Shown one piece after another: positions 38,337 to 48,683 of a stretch of 60,211 nucleotides of DNA. The position numbers were made by a program, and so were the translations under genes. This DNA comes from a candidate division WOR-3 bacterium (GTDB lineage Bacteria; Hydrothermota; Tepidihabitantia; SM23-42; JAOAFX01): the NCBI GenBank assembly GCA_039802265.1, contig JBDRWI010000005.1, positions 1 to 60,211 on the forward strand, given 5' to 3'. Below the pieces are notes generated by a model that was not told where the DNA came from, made no database searches, and worked only from the letters and a program-made list of their open reading frames with translations. Numbering within the stretch: position 1 is the stretch's first letter; the number at the start of each line of letters is the position of its first letter.

Positions 38337-39476
38337 TCAAGCTCTTTGAATTGGCTGCCAGATTGGTTTCCCGGGTTTAAAGATTGCTTTAAATAGCCCA
38401 ACCACCTGGGCGAGATTAGTCAAAAGAAAATAACCTAAAAATGAAATTCCCAGTGGAATTTTTTTGTTGTAGCATAAAAGAATAAGGCTAATAATTGAAA
38501 AAAGATGGAAGATAATTTGCAGGGTTAGCAATGCATTGTAAAATAGCGAAGTGCAAAAGAGATTACTGATGAGAAGCACCATCATCACGGGTAAAGTCAA
38601 CCATCTGAGTATTTTATGGAAGAATAAAGGCAGGGCGATGGGACTAAAAAAGGGAATGAGAAATTTTTTATAAAAAAATAATGCCCCCCAGGCACCTGTT
38701 GCAATGCGAACTTTTCTCCGCCACTCATCTCCTAAATTCAGAGATACCTTTTCAAATGCTACCGCCTCTGGTTCCAGAATTATTCTCTTACCTTTTGACA
38801 AGACACTCATAGATATTGCCATATCATCGCAGATATTTAAATGAGATGGCAGAGCAGGGTATAACTCTTTCCTTATTGCATATATTGGTCCATTCGCTCC
38901 CACAGTGCTATAAATCTTACCTTCCCATTCCTTTATTTTAGTCTCATAATTCCAGTATATCCGCTCGGATAGATCAATGACACTCTTTTTCACTCTTTTT
39001 ATTCTCTCAACACCACTTACGACACCGACATTATTATCAGCAAAATGCCTTAGCAATTTTTGTAAAGCATCTTTACTAAACATTGCGCTTGCATCTGTGA
39101 GAACCAATATTTCACCACTCACATAAGGGAAAACCTGATTGAGGGTTGCCAACTTTCCAGCACGCGGAAAGTCAAAAAACCTAACACCTTGAGCGAGATA
39201 TTTTTCTACAATTGCCTTTGTGTTATCAGTAGACCCATCAGAGGCAACGATAATTTCCAATTTATCCTTCGGGTAATCTAAAGATAAACTATTTTTAATT
39301 TTCTCTTCAATAATTTTTTCCTCATTATACACTGGAATAATAAGCGAAACCATGGGAAAGTGGAACTCTTTGAGTTTACTTTTAGGAAAGAACAGACTTA
39401 ATAAAGCCAAACAAAAAGGATAACCCAAATAGGTAGATAATAGAACCAGCAAAGCAATCCAGAAAATAACTATCAT
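38337..39476 (-). CDS. GT2 glycosyltransferase (membrane, cellulose-synthase-like)
   Basis: SLIIPVYNEE, SDGSTD, GK..TLN, TDA, GPIYAIR, DD, C-terminal TMs. Confidence 0.9.
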   Translation of the reverse strand: MIVIFWIALLVLLSTYLGYPFCLALLSLFFPKSKLKEFHFPMVSLIIPVYNEEKIIEEKIKNSLSLDYPKDKLEIIVASDGSTDNTKAIVEKYLAQGVRFFDFPRAGKLATLNQVFPYVSGEILVLTDASAMFSKDALQKLLRHFADNNVGVVSGVERIKRVKKSVIDLSERIYWNYETKIKEWEGKIYSTVGANGPIYAIRKELYPALPSHLNICDDMAISMSVLSKGKRIILEPEAVAFEKVSLNLGDEWRRKVRIATGAWGALFFYKKFLIPFFSPIALPLFFHKILRWLTLPVMMVLLISNLFCTSLFYNALLTLQIIFHLFSIISLILLCYNKKIPLGISFLGYFLLTNLAQVVGLFKAIFKPGKPIWQPIQRA

Positions 39477-39494
39477 GTAATTTAATCCTGTGAA

Positions 39495-39522
39495 ATTATA
39501 ATTATAATTGGCGTTGTTTCAA
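39495..39522 (-). promoter_or_regulatory. Sigma70-like promoter of GT2
   Basis: TTGAAA-N16-TATAAT. Confidence 0.55.
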
Positions 39523-39747
39523 GATATAATTTGTCTTGGCAACATACCAACCGGGCAGGTATTATCGTATGAAAAGCCGGGCGTCTTCAATTTTTAAGAT
39601 TGGCAGAAGCGTTACGGCGCGGTAAATCAATATAGAGAAAAGACATAATAGTTCCTCTTTTTGCTGAGCAAGGTGATTAACTGATTACTTAAAGTCTTGA
39701 AGAATCGCCGTTCGACATCAAAGGATTCTCGTCTTTCTACTCCTGCC

Positions 39748-40917
39748 TTATACATTAATAATATTTTCGTATGTCTTTTTCAAAAGTTCTTCCATGTGAT
39801 ACCAGTTGTACAATTCTTTACCTGCTCTTAGTGCATTTCTGCTTAATTCGTCTCTCACATTTTTTTGTCTTAACGACAATATTGCCTCCTGTAAGGTTTC
39901 AACTTTACTATCTTTTACAAGTATACCACAATTGGTTGACCTAATCACCCTTCCTAAATCACCCATATCAGATGCAATCATTGGTTTTCCCGTTATTAAA
40001 GCAAATCCTAAACTATTGGGTGCATTGTAATTGGCAATAGGTGAATCTTCATTTAAAACATAATATATTACATCAGATGCAGCAGTAAAATAAGGTACCA
40101 TTTTTAATGGAATTTCACCGATGTAGTTAACATTTTCAATTTGGGCTGAAAGCTCACTAACAATTTTCCTTTGCATACCATCGCCACATATTAAAAATTG
40201 AATATCAGGTTGGTATTTAACTGCTTCAATCATAGGAACAAGTGCTCTGGATAAATCAAGACTTCCAATATAGGTAATTAAGATTTTTGCATTTTTGATG
40301 TATCTCCCTCTAATATCTTGTACAATATATTCATCAAGTTGCTGAGGATAATGCCAATTACCAATTACGGAGACCGGAATGTTCGTTTTTTGCTTAAACT
40401 CATCGCCTAATACTGAACTTGCCACGATTATACTATCAACGAAATTTAATAGAAAAATTTCATACATTCTGATTATCTGTATGATGATATTTGGTGTGCT
40501 CATCGTCATCATATTAGGAAAATTCTCGTGTGCATCATAGATTACTTTGATTCCATAAAAAATCTTTAGAAAGACCCCTACTATTAGAGTATCCAAATCA
40601 TGACAATGTATTAGAAGTGCTTTCTTTTTTTTAGCTCTTTTTATAGCCTCTACCCAAAATAAGAACGCCTTGTTTAACTTTAGTATTCCTGTACCATAAG
40701 GAGTTTTTATCTTCAATCTTTCTATTTTTATACCATTTATTTCTTCATAAAGTGGGTACTTATTTTCTCTATCCCAGGCAATAATTGTTATTTCATAACC
40801 ATTGCTTACCAAACTTTTCGCTTCTTTGAGAACACGATAGTCAGGCTTGAATGGATTTGACAAAACCATAATACATCTTCTTGTTTCATTTTTTTTCATT
40901 GTGTAAAACCTGCTCAT
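39748..40917 (-). CDS. GT4 glycosyltransferase (start uncertain)
   Basis: D.RV.KEA.SL, IHCHDLDTL, IYDAHE, GKPMIASD, YNW. Confidence 0.85.
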   Translation of the reverse strand: MSRFYTMKKNETRRCIMVLSNPFKPDYRVLKEAKSLVSNGYEITIIAWDRENKYPLYEEINGIKIERLKIKTPYGTGILKLNKAFLFWVEAIKRAKKKKALLIHCHDLDTLIVGVFLKIFYGIKVIYDAHENFPNMMTMSTPNIIIQIIRMYEIFLLNFVDSIIVASSVLGDEFKQKTNIPVSVIGNWHYPQQLDEYIVQDIRGRYIKNAKILITYIGSLDLSRALVPMIEAVKYQPDIQFLICGDGMQRKIVSELSAQIENVNYIGEIPLKMVPYFTAASDVIYYVLNEDSPIANYNAPNSLGFALITGKPMIASDMGDLGRVIRSTNCGILVKDSKVETLQEAILSLRQKNVRDELSRNALRAGKELYNWYHMEELLKKTYENIINV

Positions 40918-42016
40918 AAACTTTCAACATTTTTTCCACACAATCATTCCACTCAAAATTATCTTTGACATATTGCCTTCCCCTTTCACCCATGCTTTTT
41001 CTCAAATCAGGGTTTTTGATTAAATTTATACATGCCTCAGCAATTGCCTTTGAATCGCCTGGTGGCACTAGAATACCGGTGACGCCATCAACGATTGCTT
41101 CTCTTATTCCTTCTAAATCAGAAGCGATTACTGGTATCTTCATAGCTGAAGCCTCAATTGCTGCTACACCGAATACCTCGCTCTTGTAGATAGATGGCAT
41201 TACAAAAATATCTGTCTTTCGCAATAAATCAACTACTTGTGTGTGGTTGAGTTTACCTAAAAATGAAACATAGGATTCAATTTGTAATCTATTCGTCAAA
41301 TCTTTTAAAAATAAATCTTGTGACCCAGTTCCAGCAATATATATCTTTATATTTTTATATTGTTCAATAATCAATGGTATCGCTTCAATTAAATACCGTG
41401 CTCCATATTTCTCTTCTAAGTGTTTTATAAAGCTGATAACAATACACCCAGAACTCGCCTGTTTTATGCCATCAAATAAAGAGGTATCAACTCCGAATGG
41501 GATAATTACTATTTTACGATTGATATAATTTTTAATATGTCTACCAAGAAACTTACTGGTGGCTGTAATCGCGGTGGCTCGTCTTAAAAGTATCTTTTTG
41601 TATAAAATTTTTAATTTTGACTCTTTCCCGGTGTCGTTGATAATATCATTGCCCCATGGTGAAAGTATTATTCTATTTATACCATAAAACCCGAAGGCAA
41701 GAGGAGTATTAATTAAATAATGTATATGTAAAATGTCCGGTTTAATCTTTCTCAATACTCTTCTCAACATGAAAAACATCTTAATACCGCGGCATATCCT
41801 CAGGTATTTTTCCAGGCGCAAATTTCCCCTCATGTTAGAGCAAGAGAGATCATAGATATTCATACCGGATAAGTTATGGGGAGTTCGGTAAGTTATTACA
41901 TTTACTTTTACACCGCAATTTTTAAGTGCCATTACCCACCGATTAAAATGAAGGTTACTGGCGTCTCCAAATAGGCAGATAGTAGTCTTTTTAAGCGAAG
42001 GGGTTCTATAAAACAT
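40886..42016 (-). CDS. GT4 glycosyltransferase
   Basis: KPDILHIH, SPWGND, PFGVD, EVFGVAAIEA, TGILVPPGD. Confidence 0.9.
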   Translation of the reverse strand: MFYRTPSLKKTTICLFGDASNLHFNRWVMALKNCGVKVNVITYRTPHNLSGMNIYDLSCSNMRGNLRLEKYLRICRGIKMFFMLRRVLRKIKPDILHIHYLINTPLAFGFYGINRIILSPWGNDIINDTGKESKLKILYKKILLRRATAITATSKFLGRHIKNYINRKIVIIPFGVDTSLFDGIKQASSGCIVISFIKHLEEKYGARYLIEAIPLIIEQYKNIKIYIAGTGSQDLFLKDLTNRLQIESYVSFLGKLNHTQVVDLLRKTDIFVMPSIYKSEVFGVAAIEASAMKIPVIASDLEGIREAIVDGVTGILVPPGDSKAIAEACINLIKNPDLRKSMGERGRQYVKDNFEWNDCVEKMLKVYEQVLHNEKK

Positions 42017-42028
42017 ATTCCATTTTTA

Positions 42029-42056
42029 ATTATAGCCATTTTTAGCTGGATGTCAA
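42029..42056 (-). promoter_or_regulatory. Sigma70-like promoter of GT4 pair
   Basis: Perfect TTGACA-N16-TATAAT. Confidence 0.75.
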
Positions 42057-42641
42057 CGATTCGGGTCTAAATCAAGAGTATTATAGAAAATTTTTATTAG
42101 TGTTAATTTGGACTTAGCCTTTGCCTAAGTTATGGAAATAATAGCTCAGGTAGTATCTTTAGGGAAAAATAGAATTGACACAATGAATATAAGGCAAAGT
42201 AAGGCTACGAAGTTCTGTTGAATATTGGTAGAGGGTCCTTTGAAACTTACAGCTGGCATTTTGATAATAGTAATGATTTAATAACCAGTATTTACGATTT
42301 AGAAATTAGTTGGTTCACATTAATAATATTCCAGATTTTTCCGTTTCGCTCAAAATGACACACTGGCATATCATTTTAAGAAAATTGCCAGTAGTTCGAA
42401 TAATCTTTAGTTTCAAATAGTTAAGCCGAAATCAACAGGTAAACGCACGGTGATGGTATGCTTTATACTTTGTTCCCGAATATATTTTAAAATGACAATC
42501 CAGCAGAATAGGAGTGGTTTGTGATTCTGATTTGCGAAAGACCAGTTCATCCAGATATAATTCAAAGAGCATTTGATTTTTTGCCTAATGTTTCCGGGAG
42601 TTTCGCGATAAGATATTATAACTCGCGGTGTGACATTATAG

Positions 42642-42669
42642 TTGACATTAATTCAAAAATTTATATAAT
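42642..42669 (+). promoter_or_regulatory. Sigma70-like promoter of wzz operon, probably leaderless
   Basis: Perfect TTGACA-N16-TATAAT, 6 nt to ATG 42676. Confidence 0.78.
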
Positions 42670-42675
42670 GAAGAT

Positions 42676-43929
42676 ATGACTGATAAAAAATTATCAACGA
42701 TTTCAGATTACATGTTGATTATTCTAAAATGGCGAATTTTCATTATCCGCAATGTTTTTATAGTTACACTATTGGGAATTTTGATAAGCATTATTCTCCC
42801 TGTTAAGTATACGGCAACGGCGACGATATTGCCTCCTTCACAGGAACAAACAACAATGCTGGGAATAATTTCAATGGGTGTACCCAGCGAATTGGCTAGT
42901 CTTGCAAAATTTGCTGGCGGTGTCCCGGGATTGAGTTCACCTTCTGACCTTTATGCGGCAATTATGAAAAGTAGTCGTATAAAATCCGAGATTATCAATA
43001 AATACAATCTAAAAAAGGAATTTCGAGTAAAAACAATGTACGAGGCAAGTAAGGCACTTGACGAAATTACAAAAATATCAGTTTCATTGGAAGGAATTAT
43101 CTCGGTTGAGGTTACCTACAAAAATAAATTTTTAGCCGCTGACATTGCGAATTCGTATGTTGAAGAACTCGATAAGTTTAATACAACAATTTCGATGACT
43201 GTTGGCAAAAAATATCGGCTCTTCGTTGAACAGAGGTTAAATGAGACCAAAGACAGTCTAAATAAGGCAGAAGAAGCATTGCGAAAATTTCAGGAGGAAC
43301 ATCGCACAGTTGCCTTGGATATTGAGATCCAAAATGCAATTGAGACAATTGCAAAATTAAAAAGTGAGATTATTTTGCGAGAAGTTCAAAAAGGTGCGGT
43401 TGCGTCGGCAAGTGGCTTAAGCAATCCCTATGTCGCAAATATAGAGCAAGAATTGAGGGAATTGAAAAGACAACTAGCGAGAATTGAATTTGGCACTCAG
43501 GATACCACTAAAAAAGAATTCGGCGCGGGTTTTTCGGTACCATTTTCCCGGCTTCCGGAATTGTCCTTAGAATATGCCCGACTGCTCAGGGATGTTAAGG
43601 TGCAGGAGGCAGTTTATGAATTGCTCGCTCAACAATATGAACAGGCAAAGATAATGGAACTTAAAGACACCCCTACAGTCCAGTATCTGGATAAAGCAAG
43701 CCCTCCTGAGAGGAAAAGTTGGCCGAAGAGAAGTTATATAGTAATTTTTGCATTTATTCTTGGTCTATCTGTGAACATCCTTTTAGTATTTTTTCTTGAA
43801 TATTATAATGACATCAAAAATAATCCTCCGAAACATACTATAGCAATACAGATCCTTAAGACCTTGAGTTTTGATGCCACTGTATTACGGTCCAAAATTT
43901 GGAAGCTATTGAGAAAACAAAATAAGTAA
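42676..43929 (+). CDS. Wzz/GumC-type polysaccharide co-polymerase (no kinase domain)
   Basis: Two TMs flanking a coiled coil; P..YTATATILPP; LDKASPPERKSWPKR. Confidence 0.88.
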   Translation: MTDKKLSTISDYMLIILKWRIFIIRNVFIVTLLGILISIILPVKYTATATILPPSQEQTTMLGIISMGVPSELASLAKFAGGVPGLSSPSDLYAAIMKSSRIKSEIINKYNLKKEFRVKTMYEASKALDEITKISVSLEGIISVEVTYKNKFLAADIANSYVEELDKFNTTISMTVGKKYRLFVEQRLNETKDSLNKAEEALRKFQEEHRTVALDIEIQNAIETIAKLKSEIILREVQKGAVASASGLSNPYVANIEQELRELKRQLARIEFGTQDTTKKEFGAGFSVPFSRLPELSLEYARLLRDVKVQEAVYELLAQQYEQAKIMELKDTPTVQYLDKASPPERKSWPKRSYIVIFAFILGLSVNILLVFFLEYYNDIKNNPPKHTIAIQILKTLSFDATVLRSKIWKLLRKQNK

Positions 43930-43955
43930 CAGAAATCTGCCACCTGGGGCGGTTA

Positions 43956-45356
43956 ATGTACATCAATGATATTTCTTCGCGAGCTTGGCCGGGCAAAGCG
44001 AGTAATATATGGCTTATTTTATTATTCATTATTCAGGTATTTATTATAATTCTCTTTGCATATAAAGGTATATTATTTGTCGCTGGGTCTCTCATGGTAC
44101 TTTTTCTTCTTTTATTTACCGCCTTTTCCGTTGAGCGGGTCTTTTATTTGCTTTTACTCTACATTGTCATTTTCGAAGAAGAATTTTATACAAGCAGAAT
44201 CCCTGGGTTCACGCTTTCTTATTCTTGGCCCATTGCATTGGGGTTATTTTTATTAGTGATGGTCTATTGGGCTATGGGCTTATCAAGGCAGCGGTATGAT
44301 TTTCAACTTGAAACGTTAGATTTGTTAGTGATTATTTTCTTACTTCTCGTATTGATATCAGCTATTCGTGGTTATCTTTTAGAATACGATAGCACCGCCT
44401 GGCGGTGGGAGATTCTTCCCTATCCTTTTTATCTGTCATATTTCGTATTTCGTTTCTCACAACTAAAAGACAACAACAGAATTCTCAAGAAAGTTCTACT
44501 ATTTGCAGCCGCATTTGTTGCTTTCGAAATGATTTATGCCTTGACGCATTTCAGGCTAGGAATAATTTTTCATAGAATTGTTACAAAGAATGTCCACATT
44601 ATGCAATTTGCAATTCCCTACGCTGGTTTATTAGCCATTTATTCAAATTCGCCGCGGGAAAAAACGATAAGCTTTTTACTTCTGCCAGCCTTCGTTTTAG
44701 CAGTGATAATTAGTCAACAAAGGGCACTGATGTTAACTATATTTTTAACTCTCATTATATTGTTAGCTATTTTTATTAAAGTTAGATTTTCTACCCTTGA
44801 GAAGAGAAAGAAGAGGGTTGTTTTCACATCTTTGATTGTCATTAGTATGATAGCCATTTTTGTAATAATTATATTCATCACGCATAAGGGGTTGCTTTAT
44901 ACAGTTATTAGCCGGGCTGTCGTTTTTCTTTCCCCACAGAATTTAATCAGAGATCAATCATGGCAAATTAGATGGCAAGAGATCGTTAAAATAATTCCAC
45001 AAATACAACGGAATTTTTTCTTAGGAACTGGGTTTGGGGCTACAGAAATTTCCAGACTGCGTTTTATTCTTAAAATTACAGTCGATAATGCCTATTTCTA
45101 CCTTTTGTGGAAGATGGGTTTCCTGGGGTTGGTTTGTTTTTTATCAATTCAACTTCTTGCAATAAAGAGATGTATAATTGTATCAAAACGGTCTTTGGAT
45201 ACTGATGAAAAGATATTCTCAAGGGCGGTCCTAATGAATATAATTGGATTGCTTTTTGTAGCGATTACAAATTCATGCATCGTTACTTACAGACTTGTAT
45301 TCGTTTGGATGACTTTAATTTCAAGTATTGAGGTAATGGCACGAAAATATGTTTAG
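43956..45356 (+). CDS. O-antigen ligase / Wzy-like (Wzy_C) membrane protein
   Basis: About 11-12 TMs; SQQRAL, S..IRW, FLGTGFG, VDNAYFYLLWKMGFLGL. Confidence 0.8.
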   Translation: MYINDISSRAWPGKASNIWLILLFIIQVFIIILFAYKGILFVAGSLMVLFLLLFTAFSVERVFYLLLLYIVIFEEEFYTSRIPGFTLSYSWPIALGLFLLVMVYWAMGLSRQRYDFQLETLDLLVIIFLLLVLISAIRGYLLEYDSTAWRWEILPYPFYLSYFVFRFSQLKDNNRILKKVLLFAAAFVAFEMIYALTHFRLGIIFHRIVTKNVHIMQFAIPYAGLLAIYSNSPREKTISFLLLPAFVLAVIISQQRALMLTIFLTLIILLAIFIKVRFSTLEKRKKRVVFTSLIVISMIAIFVIIIFITHKGLLYTVISRAVVFLSPQNLIRDQSWQIRWQEIVKIIPQIQRNFFLGTGFGATEISRLRFILKITVDNAYFYLLWKMGFLGLVCFLSIQLLAIKRCIIVSKRSLDTDEKIFSRAVLMNIIGLLFVAITNSCIVTYRLVFVWMTLISSIEVMARKYV

Positions 45357-46644
45357 ATTCATAAAAAAAACTGTTGCAACTTTCATTACACAGATTGGAT
45401 GCTTAATTTTGGTATTGATTGGCACCATTATCATTACAAGAAATCTGGGACCGGAGGGTAAAGGTATAATATCATTATTGACAAACTATGTTATGATAGT
45501 AGTATCGGTTTTTACATTCGGAATGAGTGAAGGTGTGGTTTACTATCTGGGGACTAACAAGTACAGTCATAAAGATATTTATACAAGTATAATCTATATC
45601 ACTATTGCTATGTCCTTATTTGTAATTGGATTGTCAATATTTTTTAAAGACGTTATTAGTCGCAGTATTTTAAAAAATATAACACAAGCAGATTACTATA
45701 TATCCTTAGCGATAGTGCCCTCTTTTTATTTCTTCTTAAATATCAGAAAGTTATTTTTGGGGCACAAAGATATAATTAATTTTAATTTAAATTTACTTGC
45801 GCAATCATTATTACAATTAATTTTTTACTTAATATTCATACCAATCTGGCAAATTAAGGGTGCCATTTTATCAATTATTGCAGCATATATTATTGTTGAT
45901 ATATTTGCTGGAATCACTGCTTATTTGCGCCACGGCGGATTGAATGTCTTGCCTAATTTCAACTTTTTAAAGGATTCCTTCTTATTTGGGATGAAATCCG
46001 AAATTGGTATCATTCTAAATTTTTTTGAAAGGAGACTAGATATTTTTATCATTAATTTCTTTTTAGACCCAGCCTCTGTTGGTTTCTATACAGTGGCGGT
46101 TGCCATTGCTGAATTTATATGGAGAATTTCCGATGCTATTGGAACTGTACTATTCCCTGAGGTTGCAAGTTTAGATAGAGAGAAAGCTATTAGATTCATT
46201 GCTGTGATATCTCGCAATTTCATCTTTGCTGCTCTATTATTATCAGGTATTCTGTTTCTAATAGGCCGAGATGTAATAAATATTCTATTTGGAATGAAAT
46301 TTATGCCTTCTTTATCACCATTGAGAATTTTGTTGCCAGGTGTTATCGCGCTCGGTTTCAATCGTGTGCTGTGCGGAGGATTTTCCGGATTGGGTAAGCC
46401 AGAGTACGGAACATACACTGTTGTCTTCTCGGCTATAACTACTGTAATTCTTGATCTACTTTTGATTCCTAAACTGGGAATTAACGGAGCAGCGATAGCC
46501 TCGACAATTGCCTATATCTGTTCAGCAACAACAGCGATAGTAATTTTCAAAAAGGCATTTCATTGTCGTCTGTCCGATATGCTCTTTATAAATAAATCCG
46601 ATTTGAAACTATACTTGTCAAGATCTAAAATTATAGCTGGCTAA
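45349..46644 (+). CDS. Wzx-type oligosaccharide flippase
   Basis: ITRNLGPEGKG, RLDIFII, VGFYTVA, LIPKLGINGAAIAS. Confidence 0.9.
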   Translation: MFRFIKKTVATFITQIGCLILVLIGTIIITRNLGPEGKGIISLLTNYVMIVVSVFTFGMSEGVVYYLGTNKYSHKDIYTSIIYITIAMSLFVIGLSIFFKDVISRSILKNITQADYYISLAIVPSFYFFLNIRKLFLGHKDIINFNLNLLAQSLLQLIFYLIFIPIWQIKGAILSIIAAYIIVDIFAGITAYLRHGGLNVLPNFNFLKDSFLFGMKSEIGIILNFFERRLDIFIINFFLDPASVGFYTVAVAIAEFIWRISDAIGTVLFPEVASLDREKAIRFIAVISRNFIFAALLLSGILFLIGRDVINILFGMKFMPSLSPLRILLPGVIALGFNRVLCGGFSGLGKPEYGTYTVVFSAITTVILDLLLIPKLGINGAAIASTIAYICSATTAIVIFKKAFHCRLSDMLFINKSDLKLYLSRSKIIAG

Positions 46645-46646
46645 AA

Positions 46647-47687
46647 ATGAAGAAAAAGATACTGCTTGTATGCTCACGTAATTCACCAGGGCCAATGAAG
46701 GTTATAAAGAATCTTCAAGGGGTGGTTAATCAATACATACAAGCAGATTGTATCAATATTGAGGATTTTCTTATTCCTAGGTTCCATTTTAAGAGCAAAA
46801 TTTTAAACTATAAGTACTTAAGAATGCAGGAGTATTTGAATTTATTAAGATTAGATCGCATAAGCGAATACGGAGATAACATATTCTTGGTAGCTTGGGG
46901 TGCATTGTACGATGTCTTGCTAAAGAGACTCAACAGACGGGGAGTAAAACCTTCTTTGATAATGTGCAGCACGATTGGACAATCAGATTTCAATGATCTT
47001 GATCGACTCTATATGCTACAAGTAATAGATAACGTAATGAAGGGCCGAGTTAAAGATTTTTTACTAAATAAAAGGCTTTATATGTCATTAGGGAAGATTT
47101 TACCCCGGGCGATCTATTTCCCGCATCCCGTAGACCTTTCGCAATTTAGTAGTATTATTCCACAAAAATTGCCGGGAATTAACATTGATATCTTCGTTTC
47201 ACTTAGACCTGGGAAAAATATAATGAATCAAATTTTTGCTGTTAAAATTTCTTCAATAGATTGCGTTTTACATATTAATTTTAGAAATCCTCAAATAGAG
47301 CGTTTCATTAAAACATTAAGTTTGCAAACCAAAGTTCACTCTTGGATACCGGATTCTGAATATTACAATTTGGTTGCCGGTATGACTCTATCATTACAGG
47401 TTACATTTACTGAAAGTTTCAGTTATGCTGTTTGCGAAAGGATGTGTTTATCAGTACCAACGATAACATCTTACGACATTGATCTTATTTCTGAGGATAG
47501 ATTCCTTTCAAAATATCTATGTGTCGAAGGACTAGACACGCCTACCCAGATTGCTGAAAGGTTAAAAAAAATAGTTGGTGATGATAAACTTCGCGAAGAA
47601 TTATCTATCCGATGTAGAGAAAGGATAAATAAAATTGCCCAGGAAAACAACAGAATTGTAAAAGAATATTTTTCCATTAATATTTGA
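46647..47687 (+). CDS. Divergent GT-B (GT4-like) glycosyltransferase
   Basis: PHPVD, RPGKN, E-x7-E motif ESFSYAVCE, VPTI. Confidence 0.6.
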   Translation: MKKKILLVCSRNSPGPMKVIKNLQGVVNQYIQADCINIEDFLIPRFHFKSKILNYKYLRMQEYLNLLRLDRISEYGDNIFLVAWGALYDVLLKRLNRRGVKPSLIMCSTIGQSDFNDLDRLYMLQVIDNVMKGRVKDFLLNKRLYMSLGKILPRAIYFPHPVDLSQFSSIIPQKLPGINIDIFVSLRPGKNIMNQIFAVKISSIDCVLHINFRNPQIERFIKTLSLQTKVHSWIPDSEYYNLVAGMTLSLQVTFTESFSYAVCERMCLSVPTITSYDIDLISEDRFLSKYLCVEGLDTPTQIAERLKKIVGDDKLREELSIRCRERINKIAQENNRIVKEYFSINI

Positions 47688-48462
47688 TCAAATTAGCAGC
47701 CGAGGTACACAGAAATTTTTATCAGGCACTTTTGGAGTTGATTTTTTATAATTTCCTAATATAACTCCATTACTTAGGGTTTGTGGATTATAAGATGAGG
47801 AGTTACAAGATACCACAAGGCATTAGTATATTGTTTTCCTCGCTTATACTCTTCTTTAATCGAGTGCTTTTGATAGAGTTTTTGGTAGATGGTTGAAAGC
47901 CAAATTTGATACTGTTGGTGTAAAAGTGTCGGTTTATCGCGAGGGAGATCGTTAAGACAACTATCCTTTTTAAAAAAATAGATGTGTCGTTGAAGAAATG
48001 ACTTTGGTTTGTTTATTCAAAGCAAAATTAAAATTGTGGCGGTGTTTATGAAATGAAATATTAGAAAATAAGAAAATCGTGTAATATTATATTTGTGTTC
48101 ACATTGCCATAAGCCTTAAACTCCGGACCAAAAGGCCAACTTCTAATATGCTGAACATTTAACGAATCAGACCCAAAGTCATCATTGCAAATATCGCAGG
48201 GTACGCGATAATTTCTATTTTCTTATTTACACCTTTTTGTAAGGGTAGATTATAAGATGAGATTGCATGGCTCTCTGTGCGAACCCCGCAATAACAGGGT
48301 ATTAAAAATTTTTACACTTGGTAACGGTGCAAACTTACTTCTGGATTGCATTTGAGCGAAATCTGTTATATGAATAATCCAATCTGAATGTTTTTTCCTT
48401 TTAGATTTAAGGAGTAAACCTTTTATAAAATTCATACGAATTACCTCTATAATAGATTTCCG

Positions 48463-48502
48463 TTCTAACATTCTAACATGTTAGAATGTTAAAATGTTAG
48501 CA
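48463..48502. repeat. Octamer-unit palindrome
   Basis: TTCTAACA TTCTAACA | TGTTAGAA TGTTAAAA TGTTAGCA; perfect 26-bp palindrome at 48466-48491. Confidence 0.85.
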
Positions 48503-48683
48503 TAATAAAATCTTTGGATAGAATTTTTTCAGCGAAAAATACAATAAATATTGAGATTAAAGTTACCGCTCCAAATGAGACCATAAATCATGGATCGAAT
48601 CGGTGACAGACTGACGAAATTTTTGAAGTACAGTATAACTTCTTAGGATTTATTTGGGAACGATGGATGTGGTGAACTTGATA

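Noticed and set aside
38337..38339. Selenocysteine read-through of the GT2 TGA into the downstream open frame
   Set aside because: GT2 ends at a normal family C-terminus (W.PI.R), no Cys-equivalent position or convincing SECIS is evident, and a deletion scar is simpler.
39523..39747. Possible decayed gene fragment between GT4 and GT2 (similar hints at 47700-47960)
   Set aside because: Multiple stops and no motif I can assign confidently; needs BLASTX.
47786..48261. 14-nt direct repeat GATTATAAGATGAG at 47786-47799 and 48248-48261 as a target-site duplication
   Set aside because: No transposase or terminal inverted repeats between the copies; could be chance in AT-rich DNA.
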